DNA of 60,238 nt, the filler included, from Myxococcota bacterium (GTDB taxonomy: Bacteria > Myxococcota > Myxococcia > Myxococcales > Myxococcaceae): NCBI GenBank assembly GCA_049322255.1. It is 6 parts of 6 records of this genome, joined end to end, with 100 filler letters (N's around TTAATTAATTAA, not from the genome) between each part and the next. Parts side by side here need not be neighbours in the genome. Positions count along the whole stretch, not along the records: positions 31,491 to 41,666 come from JBMORE010000132.1; positions 41,767 to 51,073 come from JBMORE010000134.1; 4 more parts are not named here. One strand, 5' to 3'. This document shows positions 39,462 to 49,813 of the stretch, piece by piece. The position numbers and the translations under genes were made by a program. The first letter of the stretch is position 1, and the number at the start of each line of letters is the position of its first letter. The notes below the pieces were generated by a model. It was not told the origin of the DNA and searched no databases. It was given only the letters and a program-made list of their open reading frames with translations.

Positions 39462-40190
39462 ATGGCTTTCTTCGGTGAGCTGTACCTGCGCAGCACCTTG
39501 CCGTTCCTTTCGCCCGAAGTGACCGCGCGCGAGGTGGCGTACCTCGCCTCGGTCTTCGATCGGCTGGAGGGAGACGGTCCAATCGCCGATGTCGGGTGTG
39601 GTCACGGCCGGCATGCAGGACGGTTGGGGTCGGTGCTTCGCCGCCGTCGAAGTGTCTTGGGCTTCGATTCCGACGCGCTCTCGCTGGCCGAGCGGGAAAG
39701 GGACTTTTCGGCTGTACGGGCGGATTTCTTTCGCTTACCGCTCGCCGCTCGTTCGCTCGCCGGGGCCTACGCCTGGTACTCGACCTTGTTCGTATTCGAA
39801 GATTCGGCGCAGCTTCCCCTCTTTCGCGAATTGGCGCGCTGCGTGCGTCCGGGCGGAATGTTGATCTTTCAGACTGTGCCCTACGACCGGGTGGCAAGAG
39901 AGCCGATCGCCTCCTATGACGGAGAGCTTCCCGGCGGAGTTCACCTCATCGAGCGCAGCACCTTCGACCCCCGAAGCGGCCGCGACAACGGCTACCGCGA
40001 GCTGTCGCTGCCCGATGGTCGCGTTCTTTCCGGCCACTTCTTCATCCGCTACTATCCGCTGTCCCAGCACTCCCGCCTGCTGGAGGAGGCCGGTTTCCGC
40101 GTCCAATGGGTGCACGGCGGGGTGGACGGGGCGCCGTTAACAACCTCATCGGCCGACCTCATCATCGGAGCGGAACGCGTCAATGGTTGA
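39462..40190 (+). CDS. class I SAM-dependent methyltransferase
   Basis: [11 protein letters not shown] motif I; VRPGG. Confidence 0.9.
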   Translation: MAFFGELYLRSTLPFLSPEVTAREVAYLASVFDRLEGDGPIADVGCGHGRHAGRLGSVLRRRRSVLGFDSDALSLAERERDFSAVRADFFRLPLAARSLAGAYAWYSTLFVFEDSAQLPLFRELARCVRPGGMLIFQTVPYDRVAREPIASYDGELPGGVHLIERSTFDPRSGRDNGYRELSLPDGRVLSGHFFIRYYPLSQHSRLLEEAGFRVQWVHGGVDGAPLTTSSADLIIGAERVNG

Positions 40191-40587
40191 GAGCAAGCTA
40201 CGAATCCTGGTGGCCAAGCCCGGGCTCGACGGGCACGACCGCGGGGCGAAGATTATCGCCCGCGCCCTGCGTGACGCCGGCATGGAGGTCATCTACACCG
40301 GGCTGCACCAAACGCCCGAGATGATCGTCAACGCCGCGATTCAAGAAGACGTCGATGCGATCGGCATGTCGATCATGAGCGGCGCCCACATGACGCTCTT
40401 CCCGGCGGTGATCGAGCTTCTGCGAACACAGAAGGCCGGCGACATCCAGGTGTTCGGGGGCGGTATCATTCCCGATGGAGACATTCCCAAGCTCAAAGAG
40501 CTGGGCGTCTCGGAAATCTTCACTCCCGGCAGCTCGACCCAGGACATCGTCCGCTGGATTCGGGCCAATATTCCGGCTCGGGCGTGA
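40183..40587 (+). CDS. cobalamin-binding small subunit of the acyl-CoA mutase
   Basis: [12 protein letters not shown] (DxHxxG), SIMSGAH, GGGIIP. Confidence 0.95.
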   Translation: MVESKLRILVAKPGLDGHDRGAKIIARALRDAGMEVIYTGLHQTPEMIVNAAIQEDVDAIGMSIMSGAHMTLFPAVIELLRTQKAGDIQVFGGGIIPDGDIPKLKELGVSEIFTPGSSTQDIVRWIRANIPARA

Positions 40588-41531
40588 GCTCCTGGCTCTC
40601 GAAGATTCCGGCACGGGTCGAGGTGTATGAGGTCGGCCCACGCGACGGGCTACAGAACGAGCTACGCACGCTGCCCACGACCGACAAGGTGCGGTTGGTT
40701 CATGCCCTGGTCGCCGCAGGGCTTCGGCGCATCGAGGTCACCTCGTTCGTCTCGCCCAAATGGATTCCGCAGCTGGCGGACGCCGAAAAGGTGCTGGCGG
40801 AGCTGAAGGCGCCCCAGGGAGTGGTGTTCTCCGCGTTGGTCCCGAACCTCAAGGGCCTCGAGCGCGCTCAGACCGCGGGCCTGCCGGAGGCGGCGGTCTT
40901 TCTCTCTGCCACCGAGAGCCACTCGAAAAGGAACATCAACAAGAGTGTCGCCGAGGCGATCGACACCGCGCGCGAAGTTGCGAACGCGGCGAAGAATATC
41001 GGGATGAGGGTACGCGGATACCTCTCTTGCGTGTGGGGTTGCCCCTACGAGGGCGCGGTGAGCGTGGAGCGCGTCTTGGAGATTTGCCGCGAGCTCGCCG
41101 AGGCGGGCCTCCATCAACTCTCCCTGGGCGATACGATTGGGGTGGGTACCCCGGGACAGACGGAGCGAATTCTTTCCGCCCTCCTAGAGCACCTTCCGAT
41201 CGAAAAACTCGCCCTGCACTTGCACGACACGCGCGGTACGGCGCTGGCCAACGCGCTGGTGGGGTTGTCGATGGGCATCACCACCTTCGACGCCAGCGTG
41301 GGCGGGTTGGGGGGCTGCCCGTACGCGCCAGGGGCGGCAGGGAACTTGGCCACTGAAGACTTGGTCTACATGCTCCACGGCCTGGGTGTGCAGACCGGCG
41401 TCGACCTCGACAAGCTGGTCGAGGCGGGCGCTCTCGCCCAGGAACTGATTGGGCGAAAGCTCTCGGGCAAGTATTTGCAGGCGGCGCTGGGCGAGCGAGA
41501 CAAGAAGCCCCACGGCCGCGCCCAGACTTGA
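40584..41531 (+). CDS. hydroxymethylglutaryl-CoA lyase
   Basis: [38 protein letters not shown]. Confidence 0.95.
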   Translation: MSSWLSKIPARVEVYEVGPRDGLQNELRTLPTTDKVRLVHALVAAGLRRIEVTSFVSPKWIPQLADAEKVLAELKAPQGVVFSALVPNLKGLERAQTAGLPEAAVFLSATESHSKRNINKSVAEAIDTAREVANAAKNIGMRVRGYLSCVWGCPYEGAVSVERVLEICRELAEAGLHQLSLGDTIGVGTPGQTERILSALLEHLPIEKLALHLHDTRGTALANALVGLSMGITTFDASVGGLGGCPYAPGAAGNLATEDLVYMLHGLGVQTGVDLDKLVEAGALAQELIGRKLSGKYLQAALGERDKKPHGRAQT

Positions 41532-41666
41532 GCGCCCAGCTCCTAGAGAGCTGACCCGGTTAGGTCGAGTGAGGCGAGGGCCCGAAGGTTGACGAGGGCG
41601 GCATGTCGTCGTTGGTCGAAGAGGTTCTTCCGGATGCCGCGGTAACGGGCTCGCTTCCCTGAGCGG

Positions 41667-41766
41667 NNNNNNNNNNNNNNNNNNNNNNNNNNNNNNNNNN
41701 NNNNNNNNNNTTAATTAATTAANNNNNNNNNNNNNNNNNNNNNNNNNNNNNNNNNNNNNNNNNNNN
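41667..41766. other. artificial contig linker
   Basis: N44-TTAATTAATTAA-N44. Confidence 0.99.
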
Positions 41767-43407
41767 TTCGAAGACGTCATCGCCGCCGGCGCCCTCTACC
41801 GCCCCGGCCCGCTCGACTCGGGCATGGTCGACGTGTTCATCAACAGAAAGCACGGGCGCGAGAAGGTGAGCTACCCGCACCCGGCGCTCGAGCCGGTGCT
41901 CAAAGACACCTACGGGGTCATCGTCTACCAAGAGCAGGTGATGCAGATCTCGCAAATCCTCGGCGGCTATTCGCTGGGGCGCGCCGACCTCTTGCGCCGC
42001 GCGATGGGCAAGAAGAAGGCCGAGGTGATGCAAAAGGAGCGGGCTGGCTTCCTCGAGGGCTGTCAGAAGAACGGGGTCGACCCCAAGGTGGCGGGAGAGA
42101 TTTTCGACCTGATGGAGAAATTCGCCGAGTACGGCTTCAACAAGTCGCACTCCGCCGCCTACGGGCTCATCACCCTACAGACCGCGTGGCTCAAGGCGCA
42201 CCACCCGGTGGAGTTCATGGCCGCGCTGCTCACCTCCGAGAAGGACAACACCGACAAGGTGGTGGCTTACATCAGTCAGGCGCGCGCGACGGGCCACGAG
42301 GTGTTGCCGCCGGACGTCAACCTCTCCGACCTCGCCTTCGGTGCGGTCGAGGGGAAGATTCGTTTCGGCCTGGGCGCCATCAAGGGCGTGGGCGAGGCGG
42401 CCATCGAGGCGATCATGGAGGCTCGGGTCAGCGGGCCGTTCAAGGACCTGTTCGATTTCTGCGAGCGGGTGGACTCGCGGCGAGTGAACAAGAAGGTGGT
42501 GGAGGCGCTGGTGAAGGCGGGCGCGTTCGACTTCGAGAAACGCCCCCGGCGGCAGCTGTTCGAGACCATCGAGCGGGCGATGGAGCGGGGCGCGTCCTCG
42601 CAGCGGGACAAGGCGGTGGGGCAATCGTCGCTGTTCGGTCTGCTTTCCGACCAGAGCGCTCCCACCTTGAAGAACGAGTACGCCGCCTCAGCGGAGTGGA
42701 ACGAGAAGGAACGGCTCTCCTTCGAGAAAGAGGCGATCGGCTTCTACGTCTCCGGCCACCCGCTGCACCAGTACGAGAAGGAGCTGCGCCGCTACGCGAG
42801 GCCGGCGAGCTTCGTGCAGCGAGCGCGCCGCGACGAGAAGGTGACGGTGGCGGGCATCGTGGGGGCCTTGCGCGAGCGACCCACCAAGACCGGCAAGCGC
42901 ATGGCGTGGGTGACGCTGGAGGACCTCTCCGGCTCGGTGGAGGTGGTGTGCTTCCCCGGGCGTGAGGGCGGCCGCTCGGTGATGGGTAAGGACGGCAAGT
43001 GGACCCGCGGCGGTCCCAAGCCGGGCTTCGAGACGTGGGAGACTCTGCTCAAGAGCGACGACCCCATCCTGGTGACGGGGACGGTGCAGGTGAACACCCG
43101 CGACGACGAGAACCCGGTGGCCGAGCTCATCGCCGAGGACATTCAGTCGCTGCGCGAGGTGCGCGAGAAGCGCGTCAGACGCCTGGAGCTACGTCTGCTC
43201 GCCGAGATGGTCACCGAAGAGCGGCTTTCGCAGCTGCTCGAGCTCTCCAAGAAGTACGAGGGCGCCACCCCGATTGCGGTGTCCATCGTGCTACCGGGAG
43301 AGGCGGAGGCGATCATCGGGAACACCGCCCTCAAGGTGGCGGTGAGCGACGAATTGCTCGAGGCCGTCGACCGGCTCTTCGGAGCTAAGGTCGCCGAGCT
43401 GAGTTGA
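41767..43407 (+). CDS. dnaE: DNA polymerase III alpha subunit, C-terminal part (5' truncated)
   Basis: ALYRPGP, YQEQVM, YGFNKSH, GLGAIKGVG, OB fold. Confidence 0.97.
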   Translation, partial: FEDVIAAGALYRPGPLDSGMVDVFINRKHGREKVSYPHPALEPVLKDTYGVIVYQEQVMQISQILGGYSLGRADLLRRAMGKKKAEVMQKERAGFLEGCQKNGVDPKVAGEIFDLMEKFAEYGFNKSHSAAYGLITLQTAWLKAHHPVEFMAALLTSEKDNTDKVVAYISQARATGHEVLPPDVNLSDLAFGAVEGKIRFGLGAIKGVGEAAIEAIMEARVSGPFKDLFDFCERVDSRRVNKKVVEALVKAGAFDFEKRPRRQLFETIERAMERGASSQRDKAVGQSSLFGLLSDQSAPTLKNEYAASAEWNEKERLSFEKEAIGFYVSGHPLHQYEKELRRYARPASFVQRARRDEKVTVAGIVGALRERPTKTGKRMAWVTLEDLSGSVEVVCFPGREGGRSVMGKDGKWTRGGPKPGFETWETLLKSDDPILVTGTVQVNTRDDENPVAELIAEDIQSLREVREKRVRRLELRLLAEMVTEERLSQLLELSKKYEGATPIAVSIVLPGEAEAIIGNTALKVAVSDELLEAVDRLFGAKVAELS

Positions 43408-43447
43408 TGCTCCCTCGGCCGTGCCCAGGGCGAGCAAACGTGTCGCG
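43357..43447 (+). repeat. direct repeat copy 1 (dnaE last 16 codons, stop and 40 nt downstream)
   Basis: 91 nt, 85/91 identical to 44992-45082. Confidence 0.95.
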
Positions 43448-43626
43448 TCGTGCCAGGGCGATCGCATCCCAAGGCGACCAACCGCAAGAAGCCCGGCCAG
43501 GTGGGCGACTACAACGGCTCCAGCAAAGGCACGGTGGCGGTGGCCTGTCCCCAGCCTGCTGGCCGGCTCTTTCGCCTCGGTCCTTTGATTGCGCTCGGTG
43601 CTATTCTTCTTTCAGGAGGTTTTGCC

Positions 43627-43878
43627 GTGGCGACCTTGAGCATCGAGCTTCCGGAGACGGTTCTACTGGCGACAGGCCAGTCTCGTGATGAGTTCCTTAC
43701 CGAAGCTCGCTTCCTACTCGCACTGAAGCTCTTCGAGCTCGGACGAATCTCCTCCGGAAAGGCCGCCGAGATCTGCGGCATGGGCCGAGTCGAGTTCCTC
43801 TTCGCCGCGGGTCGCCATGGCGTACCAGTTGCCGATCTCGACGAGTACGAGGAGCTGGCCCCCTCACATGGGCGCTGA
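43627..43878 (+). CDS. UPF0175-family antitoxin
   Basis: ALKLFELGRISSGKAAEICGMGRVEF; AGGAGGT RBS before GTG 43627. Confidence 0.88.
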   Translation: MATLSIELPETVLLATGQSRDEFLTEARFLLALKLFELGRISSGKAAEICGMGRVEFLFAAGRHGVPVADLDEYEELAPSHGR

Positions 43879-44368
43879 ACGCACGCTGGTCGTCGTTGAT
43901 TCAGGCCCGGTCATCGCGCTCGCTGGTGCTGATTGCCTGGACCTCCTTCGCTCGTTGTACGACCGGATAGTCATGCCGACAGTCGTGCGGGATGAAATTG
44001 CCGCGCCGCCAACTGGCCGACCAGGGGCTGCAGCGGTCCTAGGCGCGGACTGGATAGAGCACCTTCCTCCTCTTGGCCTGCCCGACCCATTCATCGCTGG
44101 AGCGCTCGACTACGGTGAGGCGGCTGTCATCGCGCTTGCGCGCACGCTCCCGGGTGCCGAGGTCTTGATCGACGAACGTCGAGGACGCCGTGTGGCCAAG
44201 ACGGCATATGGCCTGGCCGTTGTCGGAACAGTGGGCGTGCTGCTCCGCGGAAAGCAAAGCGGCCTTCTTCAGGAAATCGACCCCGCGATCCGCCGCATTC
44301 TGCAGAACGGCTACTACCTGTCGGAGCGGCTCGTGAGCGAGGCGCTGCGAATTGCCGGGGAGCGCTGA
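43868..44368 (+). CDS. DUF3368/PIN-domain toxin
   Basis: VVDSGPVI, LDYGEAAVIALA, LIDERRGRRVA, GTVGVL. Confidence 0.9.
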   Translation: MGAERTLVVVDSGPVIALAGADCLDLLRSLYDRIVMPTVVRDEIAAPPTGRPGAAAVLGADWIEHLPPLGLPDPFIAGALDYGEAAVIALARTLPGAEVLIDERRGRRVAKTAYGLAVVGTVGVLLRGKQSGLLQEIDPAIRRILQNGYYLSERLVSEALRIAGER

Positions 44369-44441
44369 TGAGGATGCTCGCTTCCGCCTCGAGCCTCGTC
44401 ACACGGCCGCGCTGGTCTTACCGCTTCCTACTAGGTGAGGG

Positions 44442-44945
44442 ATGATCCCCCTCCTGTTCGTGGCGTGGGTGTCGATGGGTCAGGCGAGCCCGCCGTCCTT
44501 GTTGCCCGGGCCATCGTTCGAGATTCCGTCGATCGAGGGGCAGGCCGACCTCGACCGCCGCATCGACGCACTGAACCTGCGAATCCGGCGCATCGACATC
44601 CACTGGCCGCGGCCGACGCTGATCATGGCAGGCGCTGGAGGTGTGGGCCTGTACGTATGGACGATCATGGCGCTCGATGAGGGCACGCGGCCCAGCGGTG
44701 GGCTGGACGGGGGTGTCTGGGGCTTCGAATCGCTCACGCTGTTGTCGGTATCGGCCACGCTATTGCTCGGCGGTATGGGCAGTGGCCACTACTTCGCCTC
44801 GAACGCGCGCATCGAGCGCGACGAGCTGATCAGGCAACGCGACGAGCTCGAGCGGTTGCGCCAGGCAGGATCACTCGCCTTCGCCTTCACCCCGACACTC
44901 TCCCGGAAGGAGAGGGAGTGGCTCAAGCGCCCAGCTGCGCCTTGA
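44442..44945 (+). CDS. hypothetical membrane protein
   Basis: signal-like N-terminus, two TM segments, coiled coil. Confidence 0.6.
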   Translation: MIPLLFVAWVSMGQASPPSLLPGPSFEIPSIEGQADLDRRIDALNLRIRRIDIHWPRPTLIMAGAGGVGLYVWTIMALDEGTRPSGGLDGGVWGFESLTLLSVSATLLLGGMGSGHYFASNARIERDELIRQRDELERLRQAGSLAFAFTPTLSRKEREWLKRPAAP

Positions 44946-44991
44946 CCAACGCGTCGGGCGGCAGGCTCGCGCGGGCATCGGCATCTCTCAT

Positions 44992-45082
44992 CTCGAGGCC
45001 GTCGACCGGCTCTTCGGAGCCAAGGTGGCCGAGCTGGGTTGACGCTCCCTCGGCTGGGCCCAGGGCGAGCAAACGTGTCGCG
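44992..45082 (+). repeat. direct repeat copy 2 (orphan dnaE 3' end, LEAVDRLFGAKVAELG*)
   Basis: 91 nt, 6 mismatches against 43357-43447. Confidence 0.95.
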
Positions 45083-45099
45083 CCCGAACATCCTGTGCG

Positions 45100-46014
45100 A
45101 TGCTTGGGCCCGTGCCACGGGTGATTCTCCTGTGCGGCCTTTTGGGGGCAGGCCTCGCCACCGGCGACGACCGCGCCCAACGAGCGCGCGACGAGCTCGA
45201 GCGGCAGCTGCGCCAGATGATGGGCGACATTCCCCCGCCCAAGGTGGACATCTTCTTCGAGGGCCTCGACGACCCGCAGTTTCGCCTGGTGGAGGCGGAA
45301 TTCACGCTCGACGGCGCTCCGCTCGCCGCGCCCTCGCCCGACCAGCTCGACGCCGAAGGGCTGCATAAGCTGTTCTCGGGAGAGCTCAAGCCCGGAGAGC
45401 ACACCCTGGTGAGCCAGGTCGTCTTCACCGACAAGTCGTCGGTCGTCTTCAGCTACACCCCCGGCTACAAGTGGAAGGTGGGGCGTGCGGTGAAGTTCCT
45501 CGCTCAGCGTGGGCTGGAGGTGAAGGTGGTGGCCGTTCCCGAGCTGCTCTCTCGCGTCAAGGACCCCAAGGAGCGCTTCACCTTGAAGCACCAGGTGGAC
45601 GCGAAGATGGTCGCCAAGCTGGAAGACGGAACGCTGGCGCCCCCGGGGGAGAAGAAGGCCGAACCGCCCGATGCCGGGGTCGCAGAGACGGTCGCTCAGC
45701 AGGAGAAGAAGCCCCAGGCCGAAGAGGCGGAGGACACTCAGCCGGCGCCTGCCGAGGAAAAGAAGCGCAAGCCGAAGAAGGTGGCCGCGGCGATGGGCGC
45801 CTCCGAGGTGAAGCCGGCGGTGGCGCTCGCGCCGGTCGAGCCGGAGGCGCCGACTGTCGAAGCGGTCCCCGAGCACATCGACGCCGGCGAAGCTGTGGCG
45901 GTAGCGACGGAGGAAAAGCCGGCTCCGGAAGCGGACTTTCCGTGGCTCTTGGTCGTCGGCGTGGGCACCGTCGTCGCCGGAGTGGTGTTGGTGCTTCTCA
46001 GCCGCCGGCGCTGA
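45100..46014 (+). CDS. exported protein with Pro/Ala/Glu linker and C-terminal membrane anchor
   Basis: signal peptide; FPWLLVVGVGTVVAGVVLVLLSRRR tail. Confidence 0.75.
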   Translation: MLGPVPRVILLCGLLGAGLATGDDRAQRARDELERQLRQMMGDIPPPKVDIFFEGLDDPQFRLVEAEFTLDGAPLAAPSPDQLDAEGLHKLFSGELKPGEHTLVSQVVFTDKSSVVFSYTPGYKWKVGRAVKFLAQRGLEVKVVAVPELLSRVKDPKERFTLKHQVDAKMVAKLEDGTLAPPGEKKAEPPDAGVAETVAQQEKKPQAEEAEDTQPAPAEEKKRKPKKVAAAMGASEVKPAVALAPVEPEAPTVEAVPEHIDAGEAVAVATEEKPAPEADFPWLLVVGVGTVVAGVVLVLLSRRR

Positions 46015-46020
46015 AGCTTT

Positions 46021-48501
46021 TCAGTCTTCCACCCGGACCGAGTGGATATCCCATATCTCTTTCGCGTATTCGCGAATGGTGCGGTCGGAGGAGAAGCGCC
46101 CCATGTGGGCCACGTTGAGAATTGCCTTTTTCGTCCACCCGTCGGGGTCGCGGTAGGCGGCGGCGACTTCTTCTTGAGCGCGCAGGTAGGCGTCGAAGTC
46201 GGCCAGCACCATGTAGCGGTCTTCTTCGAGGAGAGAGTCGATGAGCGGCCGGAAGAGGCCCTTGTCCTCGGGAGAGAAGAAGCCGGAGGCGACCAAGTCG
46301 AGCACCTCCCTGAGCACCGGATTCGACTCGTAGTGGTCGCGAGGACGGTAACCGGCGCGCTTTTTTTCCATCACCTGGTCCGCGGTGAGCCCGAAGAGGA
46401 AGAAGTTCTCGGCCCCCACCGCCTCGCGAATCTCGATGTTCGCTCCGTCGAGGGTGCCCAAGGTGAGCGCTCCGTTGAGCGCGAACTTCATGTTCCCGGT
46501 GCCGGAGGCCTCCCAGCCGGCGGTGGAGATCTGCTCGCTCACGTCCGCCGCGGGGATGATGCGCTCGGCCAACGACACCCGGTAGTTGGGGAGGAAGACG
46601 ACCTGGAGGCCGGTCTCCTTGGACTCTTGGTTGATCACCTCGGCGATGCCGTTGATGAGGCGAATGACGAGCTTGGCCCGCTGGTAGCCCGGGGCGCTCT
46701 TGGCGCCGAAGAGGAAAGCGCGCGGATGAATGACGGCGGAGGGGTCGCGGCGGGCCTTCATCCACAGCGCCACGATGTGCAGCGCGTTGAGCAGCTGCCG
46801 CTTGTATTCGTGCAGGCGCTTCACCTGCACGTCGAAGATGGCGTCGGGGTTGAGGCTCACCCAGAGCAGGTCGCGCACGTGGGCGGCGAGCGCTTCTTTG
46901 TTGGCGCGCTTCACCTGGCGAAACTCCCGGGCGAAGTCCTTGTCCGCGGCGAGCGGGGCGAGCTTTTCGAGCTGGTCGAGGTTGGTGATCCACCCCTCGC
47001 CGATGCGCGCGCTGACCAGCTTGGAGAGCCCTGGGTTGCACAACAAAAGCCACCGTCGCGGCGTCACCCCGTTGGTCTTGTTGTTGAAGCGCTCGGGGAA
47101 CATCTCGGCGAAGTCGGGCATGACGTCGCGCTGCAGAAGCTTGGTGTGCAGCTCGGCTACTCCGTTGACGCTGTGCGAGCCGATCACCGCGAGGTGCGCC
47201 ATCCGCACCTGCTTGTCGCGGCCTTCCTCGACGAGGCTCATGCGCGCCTGCCGCTCCTCGTCGAAGGGGTAGCGGATTTGCACCTGCCGGAGAAAGCGCT
47301 GGTTGATTTCGTAGATGACTTGCAGGTGTCGCGGCAGCAGCCGCTCGAAGAGCGACACCGGCCACTTCTCGAGCGCTTCGGCGAGCAAGGTGTGGTTGGT
47401 GTACCCCATCACCGCCACCGTCATCGTCCAGGCCTCGTCCCAGGGCACGTTCTTCTCGTCCACCAAGACGCGCATCAGCTCGGCGATGGCGATCGCCGGG
47501 TGGGTGTCGTTGAGCTGGATGGCGACCTTCTTGGGAAAGCTGACGAAGTCGGCGTGCGACTTGAGGTAGCGCCGCATGATGTCGGCGATGGAGCAGGCAA
47601 CGAAGAAATACTCCTGCTTGAGGCGCAGCTCCTTCCCCGCTTGGTTCTGGTCGTTGGGGTAGAGGACCTTGGAGATGACCTCGGAGTCGTTCTTCTCCAC
47701 CACCGAGCGCTCGTAGTCGCCGTCGTTGAACAGCTGCAGGTCGAAGTCGGCCGAGGCGCGCGCCTGCCACAGGCGCAAGGTGTTCACCGTACGGGCTCCG
47801 TACCCGGCGATGGGGGTGTCGTAGGGAACACCCAAGACCGTCTTGCCTCCTACCCAGCGCGCCACCCGCCGCCCGTCGGCCGCCTGGTGATGCTCCACTT
47901 CTCCGAAGAAGCGTACCGGGACGATTTTCTCCGGGCGGACGATTTCCCAGGGGCTGCCGAACTTGAGCCACTCGTCGGCCCGCTCCACCTGGTAACCGTT
48001 GATGATGTCCTGAGTGAAGATGCCGAACTCGTAGCGAATGCCGTAGCCGAAGCCGGGCAGGTCGAGGGTGGCCATGGAGTCGAGGAAGCACGCCGCCAGC
48101 CTTCCCAGTCCGCCGTTGCCCAGCCCCGCATCGGGCTCCATCTCCAGGAGCGCGTCGAAGTCGGCGCCCGCGTCTTTCAGCGCTTCGCGGGCGACCTCCA
48201 AGAGGCCCATGTTCACCAGGTTGTTGCCCAGCGCGCGCCCGAGCAGGTACTCGGCCGAGAGGTAGTAGGCGCGCTTGACGTCCTGCGCGTAGAAGCTGCG
48301 CTGGGTCTTCACCCAACGCTTGGCCAAATGGTCGCGGGCGGTCATCGCCAAGGCTACGAAGCGGTCGTAGGGCGTGGCGGTGTCGGCGTTCTTTCCCCGC
48401 GAGTACTCGATGTGGTTGATGAAGGTGCGGCGAATCGACGCCGGGTCGCTCCCCTCGTGGACCACGGCGGGGGGAGCGATCTTGAGCACGGTCTGGGCCA
48501 T
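46021..48501 (-). CDS. glgP: glycogen/alpha-glucan phosphorylase
   Basis: LGNGGLGRLAACF, QLNDTHP, KRLHEYKRQ, EASGTGNMK (PLP lysine). Confidence 0.97.
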   Translation of the reverse strand: MAQTVLKIAPPAVVHEGSDPASIRRTFINHIEYSRGKNADTATPYDRFVALAMTARDHLAKRWVKTQRSFYAQDVKRAYYLSAEYLLGRALGNNLVNMGLLEVAREALKDAGADFDALLEMEPDAGLGNGGLGRLAACFLDSMATLDLPGFGYGIRYEFGIFTQDIINGYQVERADEWLKFGSPWEIVRPEKIVPVRFFGEVEHHQAADGRRVARWVGGKTVLGVPYDTPIAGYGARTVNTLRLWQARASADFDLQLFNDGDYERSVVEKNDSEVISKVLYPNDQNQAGKELRLKQEYFFVACSIADIMRRYLKSHADFVSFPKKVAIQLNDTHPAIAIAELMRVLVDEKNVPWDEAWTMTVAVMGYTNHTLLAEALEKWPVSLFERLLPRHLQVIYEINQRFLRQVQIRYPFDEERQARMSLVEEGRDKQVRMAHLAVIGSHSVNGVAELHTKLLQRDVMPDFAEMFPERFNNKTNGVTPRRWLLLCNPGLSKLVSARIGEGWITNLDQLEKLAPLAADKDFAREFRQVKRANKEALAAHVRDLLWVSLNPDAIFDVQVKRLHEYKRQLLNALHIVALWMKARRDPSAVIHPRAFLFGAKSAPGYQRAKLVIRLINGIAEVINQESKETGLQVVFLPNYRVSLAERIIPAADVSEQISTAGWEASGTGNMKFALNGALTLGTLDGANIEIREAVGAENFFLFGLTADQVMEKKRAGYRPRDHYESNPVLREVLDLVASGFFSPEDKGLFRPLIDSLLEEDRYMVLADFDAYLRAQEEVAAAYRDPDGWTKKAILNVAHMGRFSSDRTIREYAKEIWDIHSVRVED

Positions 48502-48548
48502 GGAAGGCTGAATTAGATCAACTCGCTCCGAAATGCGCGCTCCGAACA

Positions 48549-48583
48549 CCCTCTCCCTCTGGGAGAGGGCAGGGGGTGAGGGG
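48549..48583 (+). repeat. REP-like palindrome (intergenic)
   Basis: CCCTCTCCC-TCT-GGGAGAGGG-CAGGGGGTGAGGGG. Confidence 0.85.
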
Positions 48584-48597
48584 CGTCAATTCGGCAA

Positions 48598-49746
48598 CTA
48601 CTCGCCAGCCACCTGAGCGACCTGGGGAGCGTCGAACTGGGCGACGTAAGGAGCGATTTCTTCGGCGAAATCGGCCTTCAGCTCCCTGGGGAGCGGCTCG
48701 GCGCGGGGGAAGTTCTGGCTGAGCGGGTTGACCCAGCCGCCGCCGCGCCGAAGCCCGAAGTGCAGGTGGGGGCCGGTGGACAGGCCGGTGTTGCCCGAAT
48801 AGGCGATGACCTGTTTTTGCGCCACCCGCGCGCCCGGCCTCACCCCGGCGCCGAGCTTCGACAGGTGGAGGTAGCAGGTCTCCATCGAATTCGCATGGCG
48901 CACGCACACCGTGTTGCCTCCGCCCCGGTCGTAGCCCGCCTTGGTCACCGTACCGTCGGCCACCGCCCACACCGGGGTTCCCACCGGAGTGCCGTAGTCG
49001 ACCCCGTTGTGAGAGCGCACGTACTTGAGCACCGGGTGGAAGCGGCTGCCAAAGCGCGAGGTGACGTGGGCGTATTTGAGCGGGCTTTTGAGGAAGGTCT
49101 TGCGGGCTGAGGCGCCATCTTCGAGGAAGTAGCTCATTGAGCCGTTGGGCAGCTCGTAGCGGAAGACGCGCTTTTTGCCCACGGTGAGCCCCTCGTAGCT
49201 CGCGGCGAGCACTTCTCCGTAGCGGAGCACGCGGCCTTTGGAGACGAACTTCTCCACGATGGCGCGGGCCTGGTCGCCCTTCTGCACGTCCCGGTAGAAG
49301 TCGATGTCCCAGGCGAAGACGTCGGCCAGAGCCATGGCGATGTTGGGGTCTTCGCCGCGGGCGATCGCCGCTTCGTAGAGCGAGGACTGCACCTCCAGCT
49401 GTACCAGCTCGACTTTTTTCTCCACCTCGATGGAACGCTTGCTGCCCACCAGCCGGTCGCCGTCACGGCGCACCTGCCATTCCTCGAGGCCGTTCTTGCG
49501 GTAGTCGAAGAAGTCGAGCACACGGTCGCGCAGCACCACCCGGAATTGGTCGCCCGGTCGCGAACGGCGAAACTCGAACACCCCTTCGAGCGCGCTGATG
49601 ATTCCCTCCACCGTGCGATCATCGAGGCCGGCGTCATAGAGCGCTTTCGCCACCGTCTGCCCGCTCTGGATGCGCCGGTTGAGCACCAGCACCTCGGCGG
49701 AGGCGGAAGAGACGCACAGGAAAGCAAGGAGGAAAAGGGCGCGCAT
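48598..49746 (-). CDS. M23 peptidoglycan DD-endopeptidase (MepM-like)
   Basis: HNGVD, YLHLS, STGPHLHF; signal peptide. Confidence 0.92.
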   Translation of the reverse strand: MRALFLLAFLCVSSASAEVLVLNRRIQSGQTVAKALYDAGLDDRTVEGIISALEGVFEFRRSRPGDQFRVVLRDRVLDFFDYRKNGLEEWQVRRDGDRLVGSKRSIEVEKKVELVQLEVQSSLYEAAIARGEDPNIAMALADVFAWDIDFYRDVQKGDQARAIVEKFVSKGRVLRYGEVLAASYEGLTVGKKRVFRYELPNGSMSYFLEDGASARKTFLKSPLKYAHVTSRFGSRFHPVLKYVRSHNGVDYGTPVGTPVWAVADGTVTKAGYDRGGGNTVCVRHANSMETCYLHLSKLGAGVRPGARVAQKQVIAYSGNTGLSTGPHLHFGLRRGGGWVNPLSQNFPRAEPLPRELKADFAEEIAPYVAQFDAPQVAQVAGE

Positions 49747-49813
49747 CGCGGTGAAATTGTAGAGGATCGGGAGCGAATCGCCAGTCCTCGGGTTTCGTCA
49801 GATGCGGGGGCGC

